NCBI GenBank assembly: GCA_040904885.1
Contig: JBBDSN010000188.1
Span: 17,812-81,811 of the forward strand
Source: Gemmatimonadota bacterium
Lineage (GTDB): Bacteria; Gemmatimonadota; Gemmatimonadetes; Longimicrobiales; Gaopeijiaceae
DNA: 64,000 bases
Reading direction: 5' to 3'
Under the pieces are notes generated by a model, which saw only the letters and a list, made by a program, of their open reading frames with translations, was not told where the DNA came from and ran no database searches. Positions 20,063-29,648 of this stretch are shown piece after piece; within the stretch, counting starts at the first letter, position 1; every line of letters starts with the position of its first letter. The translations under genes were made by a program, and so were the position numbers.

Positions 20063-21379
20063 CTAGTCGTAGTACTCGACGCCGAGGTGCGTGAGCGTCT
20101 CCTCGCCCATCATCCAGCGAAGCGTGTTCTTGAGCTTCCAGTGCTGGATGAAGATGTCGTGCTCCGGATACAGCCCGGGCGCCGTCTGCGGGCTCTTGAA
20201 GTAGAACGAGAGCCACTCCTGGATGCCGCCCATGCCTGCGCGCGAAGCGAGGTCCAGGAAGAGCGCGAGGTCGAGCACGATGGGCGCGGCCAGGATGGAA
20301 TCCCTGCACAGGAAGTCCACCTTGATCTGCATGCCGTACCCCATCCATCCGAAGATGTCGATGTTGTCCCAGCCTTCCTTGTTGTCCCCACGCGGCGGGT
20401 AGTAGTTGATCCGCACCTTGTGGTACATGTCCCCGTAGAGCTCGGGGTACATCTCGGGCTGCAGGATGTGCTCCAGCACGCCGAGCTTCGAGACCTCCTT
20501 GGTCTTGAACGACTCCGGATCGTCGAGCACCTCACCGTCCCGGTTCCCGAGGATGTTCGTGCTGAACCACCCGGAGAGGCCGAGCATGCGCGTCTTGAAG
20601 CCGGGCGCGAGGATGGTCTTCATGAGGGTCTGGCCCGTCTTGAAGTCCTTGCCCGCGATGGGGACGCCGTTCTTCTTGGCGAGATCCTCGAGCGCCTTGA
20701 AGTCCGCCGAGAGGTTCGGGGCGCCGTTGGCGTAGGGGACGCCCTCCATGATCGCGGCATACGCGTAGAGCTGGCTCGGCGCGATGTCGTCGTGGTTCTC
20801 CTCCATGCCCTTCTCGAACGACTCGATGGTCTCGTGGACGGCGCTCGGGCGTACGTACACCTCGGTCGAGCCGCACCACACCATCACGAGGCGGGCGCAG
20901 TCGTTCTCCTTCTTGAACGTGCGGATGTCCTCGCGGATCTGCTCGGCGAGCTCCCGCTTGTTCGCACCCTTCTTCACGTTCGGGCCCTCGAGCTTCTTGA
21001 CGTACCGTGTGTCGAACGCGGCCGGCATCGGCTTGATGGCGGACAGGAAGTCCTTGATGGGCTCGATGTGCTCGTGCCGGTCCAGGACGCCCGCGTTCAC
21101 GGCGCTCTCGTAGCCGTCGTCGGCGATGGGGTCCCATGCGCCGAACACGAGGTCCTCGAGGCCCGAGAGGGGCACGAACTCCTTGATGAGCGGGCTTTTT
21201 TCATCGGTGCGCTTCCCGAGGCGGATCGTGTTCATCTGCGTCAGGCTTCCGATGGGCTGCGCGAGCCCGCGCCGCGCGGCTTCCACGCCGGCCACGAAGG
21301 TGGTCGCCACGGCCCCGAAACCGGGGAGGAGCACGCCGAGCTTGCCCTCGGCCGGTTTGATTTCAGCTGGTTGCTTCAC
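20063..21379 (-). CDS. ino1: myo-inositol-1-phosphate synthase (inositol-3-phosphate synthase)
   Basis: GFGAVATTFVAG NAD-binding N-terminus, YANGAPNL, SGWFSTNILGNRDG, DSILAAPIVLDL. Length 438 aa. Confidence 0.85.
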   Translation of the reverse strand: MKQPAEIKPAEGKLGVLLPGFGAVATTFVAGVEAARRGLAQPIGSLTQMNTIRLGKRTDEKSPLIKEFVPLSGLEDLVFGAWDPIADDGYESAVNAGVLDRHEHIEPIKDFLSAIKPMPAAFDTRYVKKLEGPNVKKGANKRELAEQIREDIRTFKKENDCARLVMVWCGSTEVYVRPSAVHETIESFEKGMEENHDDIAPSQLYAYAAIMEGVPYANGAPNLSADFKALEDLAKKNGVPIAGKDFKTGQTLMKTILAPGFKTRMLGLSGWFSTNILGNRDGEVLDDPESFKTKEVSKLGVLEHILQPEMYPELYGDMYHKVRINYYPPRGDNKEGWDNIDIFGWMGYGMQIKVDFLCRDSILAAPIVLDLALFLDLASRAGMGGIQEWLSFYFKSPQTAPGLYPEHDIFIQHWKLKNTLRWMMGEETLTHLGVEYYD

Positions 21380-21419
21380 GTTGGTCCTCGTTGCGTGTTG
21401 TGGATCGGCCCCGCGGGTG

Positions 21420-21776
21420 TCACGAGAGGATGATGCGGCTCTTGGCGCCTTCCTCGATGCCCTGCGCGACGGTCTCGTTCACCTTGTGCATGATCTTCTC
21501 GAAGTTCGCCTGAGCCGAGATCACCCGCTGGAACGCCGGTCGCTGCTGCAGCTCCTCGGCGACCGCGGCGTACTCTGTTCGGATCTCTTCGCTCGGCTGG
21601 CGACCGGCCCGCATGTCGCCTTCGAGCGTCGTCTCGAGCTCTTCGATGCGGTTCCGAAGCTCGACAAGCTCGCGGTCGTCGTCCACGGCGTCCATCGCCC
21701 GCCGCAGCGCCTGGTACTCGTCCGTGCGCGCGAGCGCGTTTCCGAGGTCCTTGGCCTTCTCCATGATGCTCGACAT
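21420..21776 (-). CDS. YlbF/YmcA-family protein
   Basis: 118-aa helical protein. It has the family-typical pattern (A..L...L...DEY..L..A...V..D.E......), and its size fits the family. The ORF-track extension to 22358 overlaps prmC and is rejected. Confidence 0.6.
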   Translation of the reverse strand: MSSIMEKAKDLGNALARTDEYQALRRAMDAVDDDRELVELRNRIEELETTLEGDMRAGRQPSEEIRTEYAAVAEELQQRPAFQRVISAQANFEKIMHKVNETVAQGIEEGAKSRIILS

Positions 21777-21799
21777 AGGTCGTGCCTCCTTGCTCTGAT

Positions 21800-22729
21800 T
21801 CAGTCGTGACGGGTGACGGCACGCGTGGCCATCACGATGCGCTCCCGTCCCGTCAGGTCCGCTTTCACGGTGATCCCCTCCCATCCTCCCATTCCTTCGA
21901 GTAGCCCCTCGACCGCGCCGGTCTGCCCCGCGCCCACCTCCAACGCGAGCATCCCCCCGGACCGCAGCCGCGCCGGCGCGCCGGCGACCAGCCGCCGAGT
22001 GACGTCCAATCCGTCCGCGCCGGCGAACAGCGCCGTGCCGGGCTCCCAGTCGACGACCTCCGGCTCGAGATCGACGCGCTCCGGTTCCGGCACGTACGGG
22101 GGGTTCGACACGATCAGGTCGAACCGCTCGTCCGGCTCGAGGGCAGTGTAGTCCGCTCCTTCGCGGAATTCCACCCGGTCCTCGAGGTTCGCGGCGGCCC
22201 GGTTGCAGGTCGCGACTTCGAGCGCCTCCGGCGCCACGTCCGTCGCGACGATCCGTCTGAAGAACGGCCCCTCCAACGCCAAGGACAACGCGATGGCCCC
22301 CGATCCGGTTCCGATATCGAGCACGTCGAACGGCCCGTCTCCGCGGGCACGTGCCCACGCGAGCACCTCCCCCACGAGAATCTCGGTCTCCGGACGTGGA
22401 ATCAGTACGCGCCGGTCCACCTCGAGATCCAGCTCCCTGAAGGGCTGGCTCCCGAGAATGTATTGTAGCGGCTCCCGGGCCGCGCGTCGTTTCAGCAGGG
22501 GGCGGAAGGAATCGAGCTCGTCGGGGGTGAGCGGCCGGTCGTACTGGAGGTAGAGGTCGAGCCGCTTCAGCCCGAGCGCGTGAGCCAGGATGTGCTCTCC
22601 GTCGAGTCGCGCACGCTCCACGCCCTTGCCGTCCAGGTATTCCGCGCTCCAGAGGATCAGGCGCAGGACGGTCCAGGTGTCGGGGTCGCTCCGCGGTGGC
22701 TCGGCGCGCTCGGTCACGGGCGAGGTCAA
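21800..22729 (-). CDS. prmC: release-factor glutamine N5-methyltransferase
   Basis: [30 protein letters not shown] motifs. The start overlaps the prfA stop as ATGA. Confidence 0.9.
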   Translation of the reverse strand: MTSPVTERAEPPRSDPDTWTVLRLILWSAEYLDGKGVERARLDGEHILAHALGLKRLDLYLQYDRPLTPDELDSFRPLLKRRAAREPLQYILGSQPFRELDLEVDRRVLIPRPETEILVGEVLAWARARGDGPFDVLDIGTGSGAIALSLALEGPFFRRIVATDVAPEALEVATCNRAAANLEDRVEFREGADYTALEPDERFDLIVSNPPYVPEPERVDLEPEVVDWEPGTALFAGADGLDVTRRLVAGAPARLRSGGMLALEVGAGQTGAVEGLLEGMGGWEGITVKADLTGRERIVMATRAVTRHD

Positions 22730-23823
22730 CGGTCCGACTCGGCGAGGCGCTCTTCCTCGGCCGCGATGCGTAGCGAACCGACGATCTCGTCGAGGTCGCC
22801 CTCGAGCACGGCGTCGAGGTTGTGGACCGTCAGCCCGATGCGGTGGTCGGTGACCCGGCTCTGCGGGAAGTTGTACGTACGGATCTTACCCGAGCGGTCG
22901 CCCGTGCCGACCTGCATCTTGCGGTCTCGGGCGCGCTCGGCCTCGCGCTCGGCGATCATCCGGTCGAGCAGGCGGCTCCGAAGCACCTTCATCGCCTTGT
23001 TCTTGTTCTTGAGCTGCGACTTCTCGTCCTGGCACGAGACCACGAGCCCCGTGGGGACATGCGTGATCCGCACCGCCGAGTCGGTCGTGTTCACCGACTG
23101 GCCACCCGGGCCCGACGAGCGGAAGACGTCGATGCGCAGGTCGTTGGGATCGATCTGGAGGTCGACCTCTTCGGCCTCGGGCAGCACCGCGACGGTCGCG
23201 GCCGAGGTGTGGATGCGTCCCTGGCTCTCGGTCTCAGGCACGCGCTGCACCCGGTGCACGCCAGACTCGTAGCGAAGCCGGCCGTAGGCGCCCTTTCCCT
23301 TCACGGTGAAGATGGCTTCGCGGATCGAGCCGGGGATGCCCTCGGAGAGGCTCATGAGCTCGATGCTCCACCCCTCGCGCTCGGCCATGCGGCGATACAT
23401 GCGGAGAAGGTCGGCCGCGAACAGGCCGGCTTCGTCGCCACCCGTACCGGCGCGGATCTCGAGGACGGCGGCCCGGTCGGCGAGCGGATCGGGGGGAATC
23501 AAGAGCTCCTTGACCCGGTCCTGCAGCTCGGACGCTTTCTGGTCGAGCGCTTCGATCTCGGCCTCGGCGAGCGCCGCCATCTCGTCGTCGTCGGTCTCCG
23601 CCAACAGCTCGGCCGCGCCCTTCCGCTCCTCGACGAGCTCCTGCAACTCCCGTCCGACGTCGACGACCGGCTCGAGATGGGCGCGCTCCTGCCCGAGCGT
23701 CCTCAGCTGATCCGGCTTCGCGAGGACTTCGGGGCTCGCGAGCGCCGCGTCCACTTCGGCGAACCGCGACGCCGCCTCGCGGAGGCGCTCTACGAGTCGG
23801 GGGTCCAGCGCGTCGAGTCTCAT
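22726..23823 (-). CDS. prfA: peptide chain release factor 1
   Basis: PET tripeptide ([13 protein letters not shown]) and GGQ motif ([11 protein letters not shown]). Start at MRLDALDP. Confidence 0.95.
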   Translation of the reverse strand: MRLDALDPRLVERLREAASRFAEVDAALASPEVLAKPDQLRTLGQERAHLEPVVDVGRELQELVEERKGAAELLAETDDDEMAALAEAEIEALDQKASELQDRVKELLIPPDPLADRAAVLEIRAGTGGDEAGLFAADLLRMYRRMAEREGWSIELMSLSEGIPGSIREAIFTVKGKGAYGRLRYESGVHRVQRVPETESQGRIHTSAATVAVLPEAEEVDLQIDPNDLRIDVFRSSGPGGQSVNTTDSAVRITHVPTGLVVSCQDEKSQLKNKNKAMKVLRSRLLDRMIAEREAERARDRKMQVGTGDRSGKIRTYNFPQSRVTDHRIGLTVHNLDAVLEGDLDEIVGSLRIAAEEERLAESDR

Positions 23824-23869
23824 GACAGGTGGGGACGAATCGCGCGGGCGATGGAGTGCCCGCGGCAGA

Positions 23870-24076
23870 TCACTTGCCTGCTTTCTCGTACTTCCTCTTG
23901 AAGCGGTCGACGCGTCCAGCGGTGTCGACCAGGCGCTGCTTGCCGGTGTAGAAGGGATGACAGACGGCGCAGATCTCCACGTGGATCTCATCCACGGTGG
24001 ACATCGTGTCGAACGTATTCCCGCATGCGCAGACGACCTTGGTGGCCGTCGACTCGGGATGAATGCCCTGCTTCAT
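23870..24076 (-). CDS. rpmE: 50S ribosomal protein L31 (Cys-containing, zinc-ribbon type)
   Basis: MKQGIHPE..., with CAC and [10 protein letters not shown] cysteine pairs. Length 68 aa. Confidence 0.93.
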   Translation of the reverse strand: MKQGIHPESTATKVVCACGNTFDTMSTVDEIHVEICAVCHPFYTGKQRLVDTAGRVDRFKRKYEKAGK

Positions 24077-24214
24077 GTCCTACTCCAAAACGTCCAGGTG
24101 GACCGGGCCCCAACCATCGCGTCGCCGAAGCCCGAGCTTCCAGATCCGATTTCCGACCGGACCCGGGATAGACTGGGAAAGTTATACATCCGGCGGACCA
24201 GGGTCCAGGGAGGC

Positions 24215-25771
24215 TCACCCTCGTGAGTGGGGGCGGACGGCACCCGACAGGCCGGCGAGCCCGAACAGGAGCGCCACCAGCGCGGAAGCGGGACCGACCA
24301 GGTCTCCATGGCGCGTGTAGAACGTCACGCCGTCCGTGGTGAAGACGGTGTCGCCTTGCACGCCGCTCCCTTCGGGACCCGCGGTCCCGGACACGCGGCC
24401 GACGGGATCCACGAAGAAGGAGAAGCCTCCGTTGGCCGACCGTGCCGCGCCGGCCCTCGTCTCGATCGCCCGCATCACGAGATGCGCCGCGTGTTGGTGA
24501 AGGGCCGCACGGCTACCTCCCTCAACGCCGAACCATCCGTCGTTCGTCAGGTTCACCAGCACGTCCGCGCCCGCGATACGCGCGGCGCGCGCCTCGCCCG
24601 GAAAGATCGCTTCGAAGCAGATGAGGACGCCGAATCCGGTACCTCCCACCCGAAGCACCGGGACCCCATCCCCGTCGGGAGAGCCGCCTGGCCTGAAACG
24701 GGTGAATGACGAGGTGCCGGGAAGCGCCGTCGTCTCGACCAGGGGCACGAGCCTTCGCTTTTCGTAGCGATAGGCCCCGAGCCCGGACGGCTCCATGAGC
24801 AGCGCCGCGTTGACGGAGGTTTTCGAGTCGAGGCGCGAGTAGGCGCCGAACAGGACGGGCGCCGCGGCTTCGAGCGCGTAGGCTCGCAAGCGCTCCGTCA
24901 GCGCCTCCGCCGAGGCACGCTCTTCCTCGCCGACCCACAGCCCTTCCGGCAGGATCAGCAGATCGAGGCTCTCCGGCAGAGATCCCGTGAGCGCCCGATC
25001 GAGGTCCGCTTCCACTTCCCGGTGCCACGCGTCGACATCGCGGCGCGACTCGGCCGGTACGCTCGTGTGGACCACGCCGAGACGCGCGGCCGCCCGGGTT
25101 TCGAGCGTGCCGGCCCGCCAGGCTCCCCATCCGGCGGGAGCGGCGGCCACCATCGCCAGCACCGCCACCGCGGCGAAGGGCCGCCGGGACCGTGCGTCGG
25201 CGGAAACGATCAGGCCGACGATCAGCCCGTTCACGAGCGCCAGCCAGAAGGTCACGCCCCGGGCGCCCACCATCTCCGCGATCCCCACCCACTCCGGGAA
25301 GCCGGTCAGGGACGTCCCCAATCCGAGCCACGGGAAAGCGAGCGGGCCGGGAAGATGGCCCTGGAGCCACTCGACGGCCGTCCACGTCACCGGAAGCGCC
25401 AGCCACACCGGTACATGCAAGCCGTGCACGCCACGGTGGAGGAGGCTGCCGAAGAGCGCGGTGAGTCCCGCGAGGACCGTCAGCACGGCAAGGAAGGCGG
25501 GAACCGCCAGCGGCGTCACCCACGCCAGAGCGGGAACGATCCAGTGGAGGAGCAAGCCATACAGCACGAGCCCGAGCAGCAGCCCGCCCCGGGCCGCCGA
25601 CGCGGCTCCCTCGGCGCCGTGCGGAAGCCTTGTCACCCAGACCGCGAAAGGGACCAGGCCGACGAACGAAGGGATGCCGAGATGGAGCGGGGGAAATGCG
25701 GCCGCGAGCAACAGGGCCGAAGCCACCGGAAGCAGCCGCTCCCCGGGCCGCGGCACGATGCCCAGCCCCAC
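24215..25771 (-). CDS. lnt: apolipoprotein N-acyltransferase
   Basis: Multi-TM N-terminal half, then a nitrilase-like domain with catalytic VLICFEAIFPGE and NLTNDGWF. Confidence 0.88.
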   Translation of the reverse strand: MGLGIVPRPGERLLPVASALLLAAAFPPLHLGIPSFVGLVPFAVWVTRLPHGAEGAASAARGGLLLGLVLYGLLLHWIVPALAWVTPLAVPAFLAVLTVLAGLTALFGSLLHRGVHGLHVPVWLALPVTWTAVEWLQGHLPGPLAFPWLGLGTSLTGFPEWVGIAEMVGARGVTFWLALVNGLIVGLIVSADARSRRPFAAVAVLAMVAAAPAGWGAWRAGTLETRAAARLGVVHTSVPAESRRDVDAWHREVEADLDRALTGSLPESLDLLILPEGLWVGEEERASAEALTERLRAYALEAAAPVLFGAYSRLDSKTSVNAALLMEPSGLGAYRYEKRRLVPLVETTALPGTSSFTRFRPGGSPDGDGVPVLRVGGTGFGVLICFEAIFPGEARAARIAGADVLVNLTNDGWFGVEGGSRAALHQHAAHLVMRAIETRAGAARSANGGFSFFVDPVGRVSGTAGPEGSGVQGDTVFTTDGVTFYTRHGDLVGPASALVALLFGLAGLSGAVRPHSRG

Positions 25772-25776
25772 GCTCG

Positions 25777-26799
25777 CTACGCCAGCTCTATCTTCTGATG
25801 AGACTCCGCCGCTTCGTACGCCGCTTCTACGAGCCGCATGAGCTCGATCTGCTCGCGAGGCACGGGCACGGCCGCCTGCCCCTGCACGGCCCGCACGAAC
25901 TCGTCGAGAAGCCGGCGGTAGGCGTTCGTATAAGGGTTTTCACCCCCACGCGGTACGGGCTGACGGGGCGTCACCTCGAGTGGCCGGCCGCCGAGCTGGC
26001 GGAACACACGCAAAGGTGGGAGGACGCCCGATCCCTCGGTGCCCAGCACCCGCGCGTGGAACCGGTCGTCGCTCGAGTACAGCTGGTTGCTGACTTCGAC
26101 CGTCAACGCGATGCCGTCCTCCGTCTCCGCCAGGAGCGTGGCCGCGTTCTCCACCTCGAAGTCTCCGTAGTTCACGAGACACGAGACCCACCGGATCTTC
26201 GGAAACCCGCAGATCCACAGACATAGGTCCAGCGCCGGAATACCCAGATCGATCAACGCGCCACCCCCCGCCTGGTCGCGCTGCTGGCGCCAGGTGGGCC
26301 GGGTCACCGCCACCGGGCGGGTCATCCAGCTTCCGCGCACCGAGTAGAGCCGACCGAGCTCGCCTCCGGCCACGAAGCTCCGCAGCGCCGACACCTCGGG
26401 GCGGTAGCGGTGCGGCATGCCCAGCATCAAGATCCGTCCCGTGCGTTCCGCCACGTCGATGATGTGGGCCGCGCCCTTCGCCGTGGACGCGATGGGTCGC
26501 TCGACCAGGACGTGCTTGCCCGCCTCGAGCGCACGCACGCACATCTCTTCGTGGAGGTGGTTGGGGGTCGTGATCACGATGGCGTCGATGTCTGGATCGT
26601 CGACGATCACTTCCCAATCCAGGACCCGCGGCACCCCGAAGCGGTCCGCCAGGGTCCGTGCCTTGTGCGGGTCCTTGTCCGCGAGCGCGACGACGTCGAC
26701 GTCCTTCCGCTCCACGAAGATGGGGACGTGCACGACCTGGCTGATCGCGCCGGTCCCCACGATCGCGAGCTGGACCGCGTCGCTCCGTTCACTCGTCAT
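25777..26799 (-). CDS. Gfo/Idh/MocA-family oxidoreductase
   Basis: LAIVGTGAISQVVHVP Rossmann N-terminus and the EKP-like VLVERPIA motif. Start at MTSERSD, overlapping the upstream gene's stop as ATGA. Confidence 0.85.
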   Translation of the reverse strand: MTSERSDAVQLAIVGTGAISQVVHVPIFVERKDVDVVALADKDPHKARTLADRFGVPRVLDWEVIVDDPDIDAIVITTPNHLHEEMCVRALEAGKHVLVERPIASTAKGAAHIIDVAERTGRILMLGMPHRYRPEVSALRSFVAGGELGRLYSVRGSWMTRPVAVTRPTWRQQRDQAGGGALIDLGIPALDLCLWICGFPKIRWVSCLVNYGDFEVENAATLLAETEDGIALTVEVSNQLYSSDDRFHARVLGTEGSGVLPPLRVFRQLGGRPLEVTPRQPVPRGGENPYTNAYRRLLDEFVRAVQGQAAVPVPREQIELMRLVEAAYEAAESHQKIELA

Positions 26800-27488
26800 C
26801 TGCGCTCCTCGCCAGGCACCAGTGTTCCCCAGAGGATCTGCCCCCCGAGCCCCAGATGGAAATATTGCATGTCTTCCATGACGGAGTAACGTCCCTGGCC
26901 CTGGATGCGCATCCGATCGGTGACGGGATACTCCAGGCCGAGATGCAGGTTGAAGCCTGCGGTCACCGAGTCGAGCAGATCTTCGATGAACGTCCCGTCG
27001 ATGGCCGCGCCGCTCCCGTCCAGGATGTGGGCGGAGACGCCGAGTCCGGCGAACGAGAGGAGGTTCAGCGGCAGCGCCCAGACGACGTGGGAATCGAGTC
27101 CGAGGGAGTAGTTCGTCCACTCGATGACGCCCAGATCTACCTGGGGCGGCGGGTTACCCGTCGCACGTCGCACCAGGCTCTCCACACGCTCCTCGAGCGT
27201 GGTCACCTCGGAGACGCGGAAGGGAGAGGACCAGTAGGTGAAGCTCGGTACGATCCGGAGTCCCGGCCCGAGGTAGCCCATGTCGAACCGGACCGAGTAG
27301 GTCGGAGTGTTCTCGACCCGGGTCGGGAAGAGATAGCCGACCTCGAAACCCACCCCCCGGAACTCCAGATGCTCGTAATCAAGGTCGGCGAGGTCCTGAC
27401 CGGTGGCCTCGCCGGGCGCCCCCAGCACGGCGACCAGCAGCACCGCGATCCAGAACGCATTCGTCCCCACGCTTCGAACTCTCCTCAT
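26796..27488 (-). CDS. secreted beta-rich protein, possible small outer-membrane protein
   Basis: Signal peptide MRRVRSVGTNAFWIAVLLVAVLGAPGEATG, then alternating hydrophobic/aromatic strands (YSVRFDMGYLG, FNLHLGLEY, YFHLGLGGQILWG). GGAGG lies 7 nt upstream of ATG 27488. The start overlaps the rimO stop as ATGA. Confidence 0.5.
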   Translation of the reverse strand: MRRVRSVGTNAFWIAVLLVAVLGAPGEATGQDLADLDYEHLEFRGVGFEVGYLFPTRVENTPTYSVRFDMGYLGPGLRIVPSFTYWSSPFRVSEVTTLEERVESLVRRATGNPPPQVDLGVIEWTNYSLGLDSHVVWALPLNLLSFAGLGVSAHILDGSGAAIDGTFIEDLLDSVTAGFNLHLGLEYPVTDRMRIQGQGRYSVMEDMQYFHLGLGGQILWGTLVPGEERR

Positions 27489-28954
27489 GCGCACACCTCC
27501 GCGACCAGGTCGTAATCAAGGGCGTCCACGATCTCCACGTCGACGAAGCTCCCGACCTCGAGGTCCGGCGGTTCGACGAGCGACCCGCGCACCACGTTCG
27601 TCACCCCGTCCACGTCGAGGGCCTGGGCGACGGTCCGCACGGTCGCCACGAAGTCGTCCTCTTCGGGTGTGACGCGATCGACCAGGGCACGGGTGCGCGT
27701 GCCCACGAGGGCCAGGTTTCGGTCGAACGAGATCCCCCGCTGAACCTCCATGAGCGCTTCGAGACGCTCCTGGATGAGCGACTCGGGCACATGGTCCGGC
27801 AGATCGACGGCACGCGTGCCTTCCTCGACCGAGTAACCGAACGCGCCCACGCGGTCGAACTCGATTTCCTCGAGAAGCTCGAGCAGCTCCTGGAAGTCTT
27901 CGTCCGTTTCGCCGGGGAATCCCACGATGACGGTGGTGCGCAGGGTCAGCTCCGGCACGGCCTCTCGCAGCCACGACACCCGCTCCCGGATGGTCGCCTG
28001 CCGCTCGGGCCGCCGCATGCGCTCGAGCATCCGGTCGCTGCCGTGCTGGATGGGCATGTCCAGGTACGGCAAGATGCGCGGCTCCCTGGCCATGAGCTCG
28101 ACGAGCCCACGCGTGATGCCCGACGGATACATGTAGAAGAGCCGGTACCAGGGCACGTCCGTGCCGGCGATCAATCCGCGCAGCAGCTCGGGCAACAACG
28201 GGGCGTTCCGGTCCTGGCGCTTCAGGTCGCGTCCGTACCAGGTGGTATCCTGCGACACGATGTTGATCTCGCGCACGCCCTGCTCGCCGAGCGAGGCGGC
28301 CTCGCGCACCAACTCGTCCAGCGGGTGCGAGCGGTGCAGCCCCCGCATGAGCGGAATCGCACAGAACGCGCAGGTGTGGTCGCACCCTTCGCTGATCTTC
28401 AGGTACGACGTATGCCGGGTCTCGGACGAAAGGATGCGGAGCGGACGCTCCATGAGCGGCACGACGTCTTCCTCCGCGGGCAGCAGCCCCCGCGTACGCA
28501 GCTCCGGGACCAGCCCGGACAGCTCGGTGAGCCCCATCATGAAATCGACTTCGGGAATCTCGTCGACGAGCTCGCTCTTGTAGCGCTGCACGAGGCATCC
28601 CACCGCGACGACCGCCTTGAGCCCTCCCGACGCCTTGAGATCGCAGGCCTCTAGAAGCGTCTCGATGGACTGCTCCTTCGCCTCCTGGATGAAGCCACAC
28701 GTGTTGACGATGACGACATCCGCGCCTTCGACCTCGGAAGTGACCCGTGCCCCGTGCCCGACGAGCGCGGCCATCATGCGCTCGGAGTCGACGGTGTTCT
28801 TGTCGCAGCCGAGCGTCACGAGCGCGATGCGGGGACCCGTGGACGGTCCGGACGCGTCGAAGTCATGGCGTACGGCGCCCACGTCGTCCGGCACCCCGGG
28901 ACGCACCGGCGTGGAAGTAACCGGAAAGACCGGCAGGTCGCGTGTTCTCGTCAT
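27485..28954 (-). CDS. rimO: ribosomal protein S12 methylthiotransferase
   Basis: MTTase N-domain (LVTLGCDKNTVDSE), radical SAM GCDHTCAFCAIP, C-terminal TRAM-like region. The N-terminal approx 45 aa are non-conserved, so the start is uncertain. Confidence 0.85.
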   Translation of the reverse strand: MTRTRDLPVFPVTSTPVRPGVPDDVGAVRHDFDASGPSTGPRIALVTLGCDKNTVDSERMMAALVGHGARVTSEVEGADVVIVNTCGFIQEAKEQSIETLLEACDLKASGGLKAVVAVGCLVQRYKSELVDEIPEVDFMMGLTELSGLVPELRTRGLLPAEEDVVPLMERPLRILSSETRHTSYLKISEGCDHTCAFCAIPLMRGLHRSHPLDELVREAASLGEQGVREINIVSQDTTWYGRDLKRQDRNAPLLPELLRGLIAGTDVPWYRLFYMYPSGITRGLVELMAREPRILPYLDMPIQHGSDRMLERMRRPERQATIRERVSWLREAVPELTLRTTVIVGFPGETDEDFQELLELLEEIEFDRVGAFGYSVEEGTRAVDLPDHVPESLIQERLEALMEVQRGISFDRNLALVGTRTRALVDRVTPEEDDFVATVRTVAQALDVDGVTNVVRGSLVEPPDLEVGSFVDVEIVDALDYDLVAEVCA

Positions 28955-28964
28955 GATCTTCGTA

Positions 28965-29648
28965 TCAGCCTGAGATGATGAGTGCGCCCTCGGGCGGCGT
29001 GAACCTGAACCACGCGCCATCCGGATCCGACGCGAAGTCGATGTTGGACAGCGTGATGGTGCGGACCGTGCCGTTCTCCTCCTCGACGCGGATCTGCCGG
29101 AGCGCGGGCGTGCCGCGATCGATCCAGAGCACGGCAACCTGGTACGAGGTCGGGTGCTTCGGCACGAGCCGCAACCGGTACGTCGCGCGCCCCTCGACCG
29201 TGTCCACGCCCTCGTACGTCACGTCGTACTTCGTCTCCGGGTCCTCGAGAAACTCCCGGTGGAAGTCGTGGCCGCCACGCTGCTGGCCGACCGGCATGCG
29301 GACGACCTGCTTCTCGTCGAGGCTCGGGTAGTAGATCCACACGGACTCTCCATCGATGACCACGCGGTCTCCGTCAGGCTCGCTGAACCGCATGGCGAAC
29401 CGGTTCGGCCGGGCCTGACAGATCCGGCCCGTCCCGGTGCGCTCGTCTCCGAGGAGCGGCACGACCAGGTACTGCTTGAAGTCCGCGCACAGGGCGTCGA
29501 CCTGCCGGTAGCGCTCGGCTGCGGCGCGAATGATATCGAGCCCTTCGTCCGTCGATTGCGCCGAAGCCGGAGCCACCGCGAACGCGAGCCCCAAAACGGC
29601 GAGAACGGTTCCGAGGAGGGCACGGCCCGGTCGCCCGAGCCCCCTCAC
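28965..29648 (-). CDS. lolA: LolA-like outer-membrane lipoprotein carrier family protein
   Basis: Signal peptide ending APASAQ. LCADFKQ....G, RFAMRF..PDGDRVVIDGESVWIYYPSL pattern typical of LolA-fold proteins. GTG start forms a GTGA overlap with the ftsK stop. Confidence 0.6.
   Translation of the reverse strand: MRGLGRPGRALLGTVLAVLGLAFAVAPASAQSTDEGLDIIRAAAERYRQVDALCADFKQYLVVPLLGDERTGTGRICQARPNRFAMRFSEPDGDRVVIDGESVWIYYPSLDEKQVVRMPVGQQRGGHDFHREFLEDPETKYDVTYEGVDTVEGRATYRLRLVPKHPTSYQVAVLWIDRGTPALRQIRVEEENGTVRTITLSNIDFASDPDGAWFRFTPPEGALIISG

Noticed and set aside
24077-24214. A possible structured ribosomal-protein leader upstream of rpmE (138-nt spacer containing a TATAAC element).
   Set aside because: Only short, weak hairpins are visible, and I know no conserved motif to anchor it. 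The evidence is insufficient to call a regulatory RNA.
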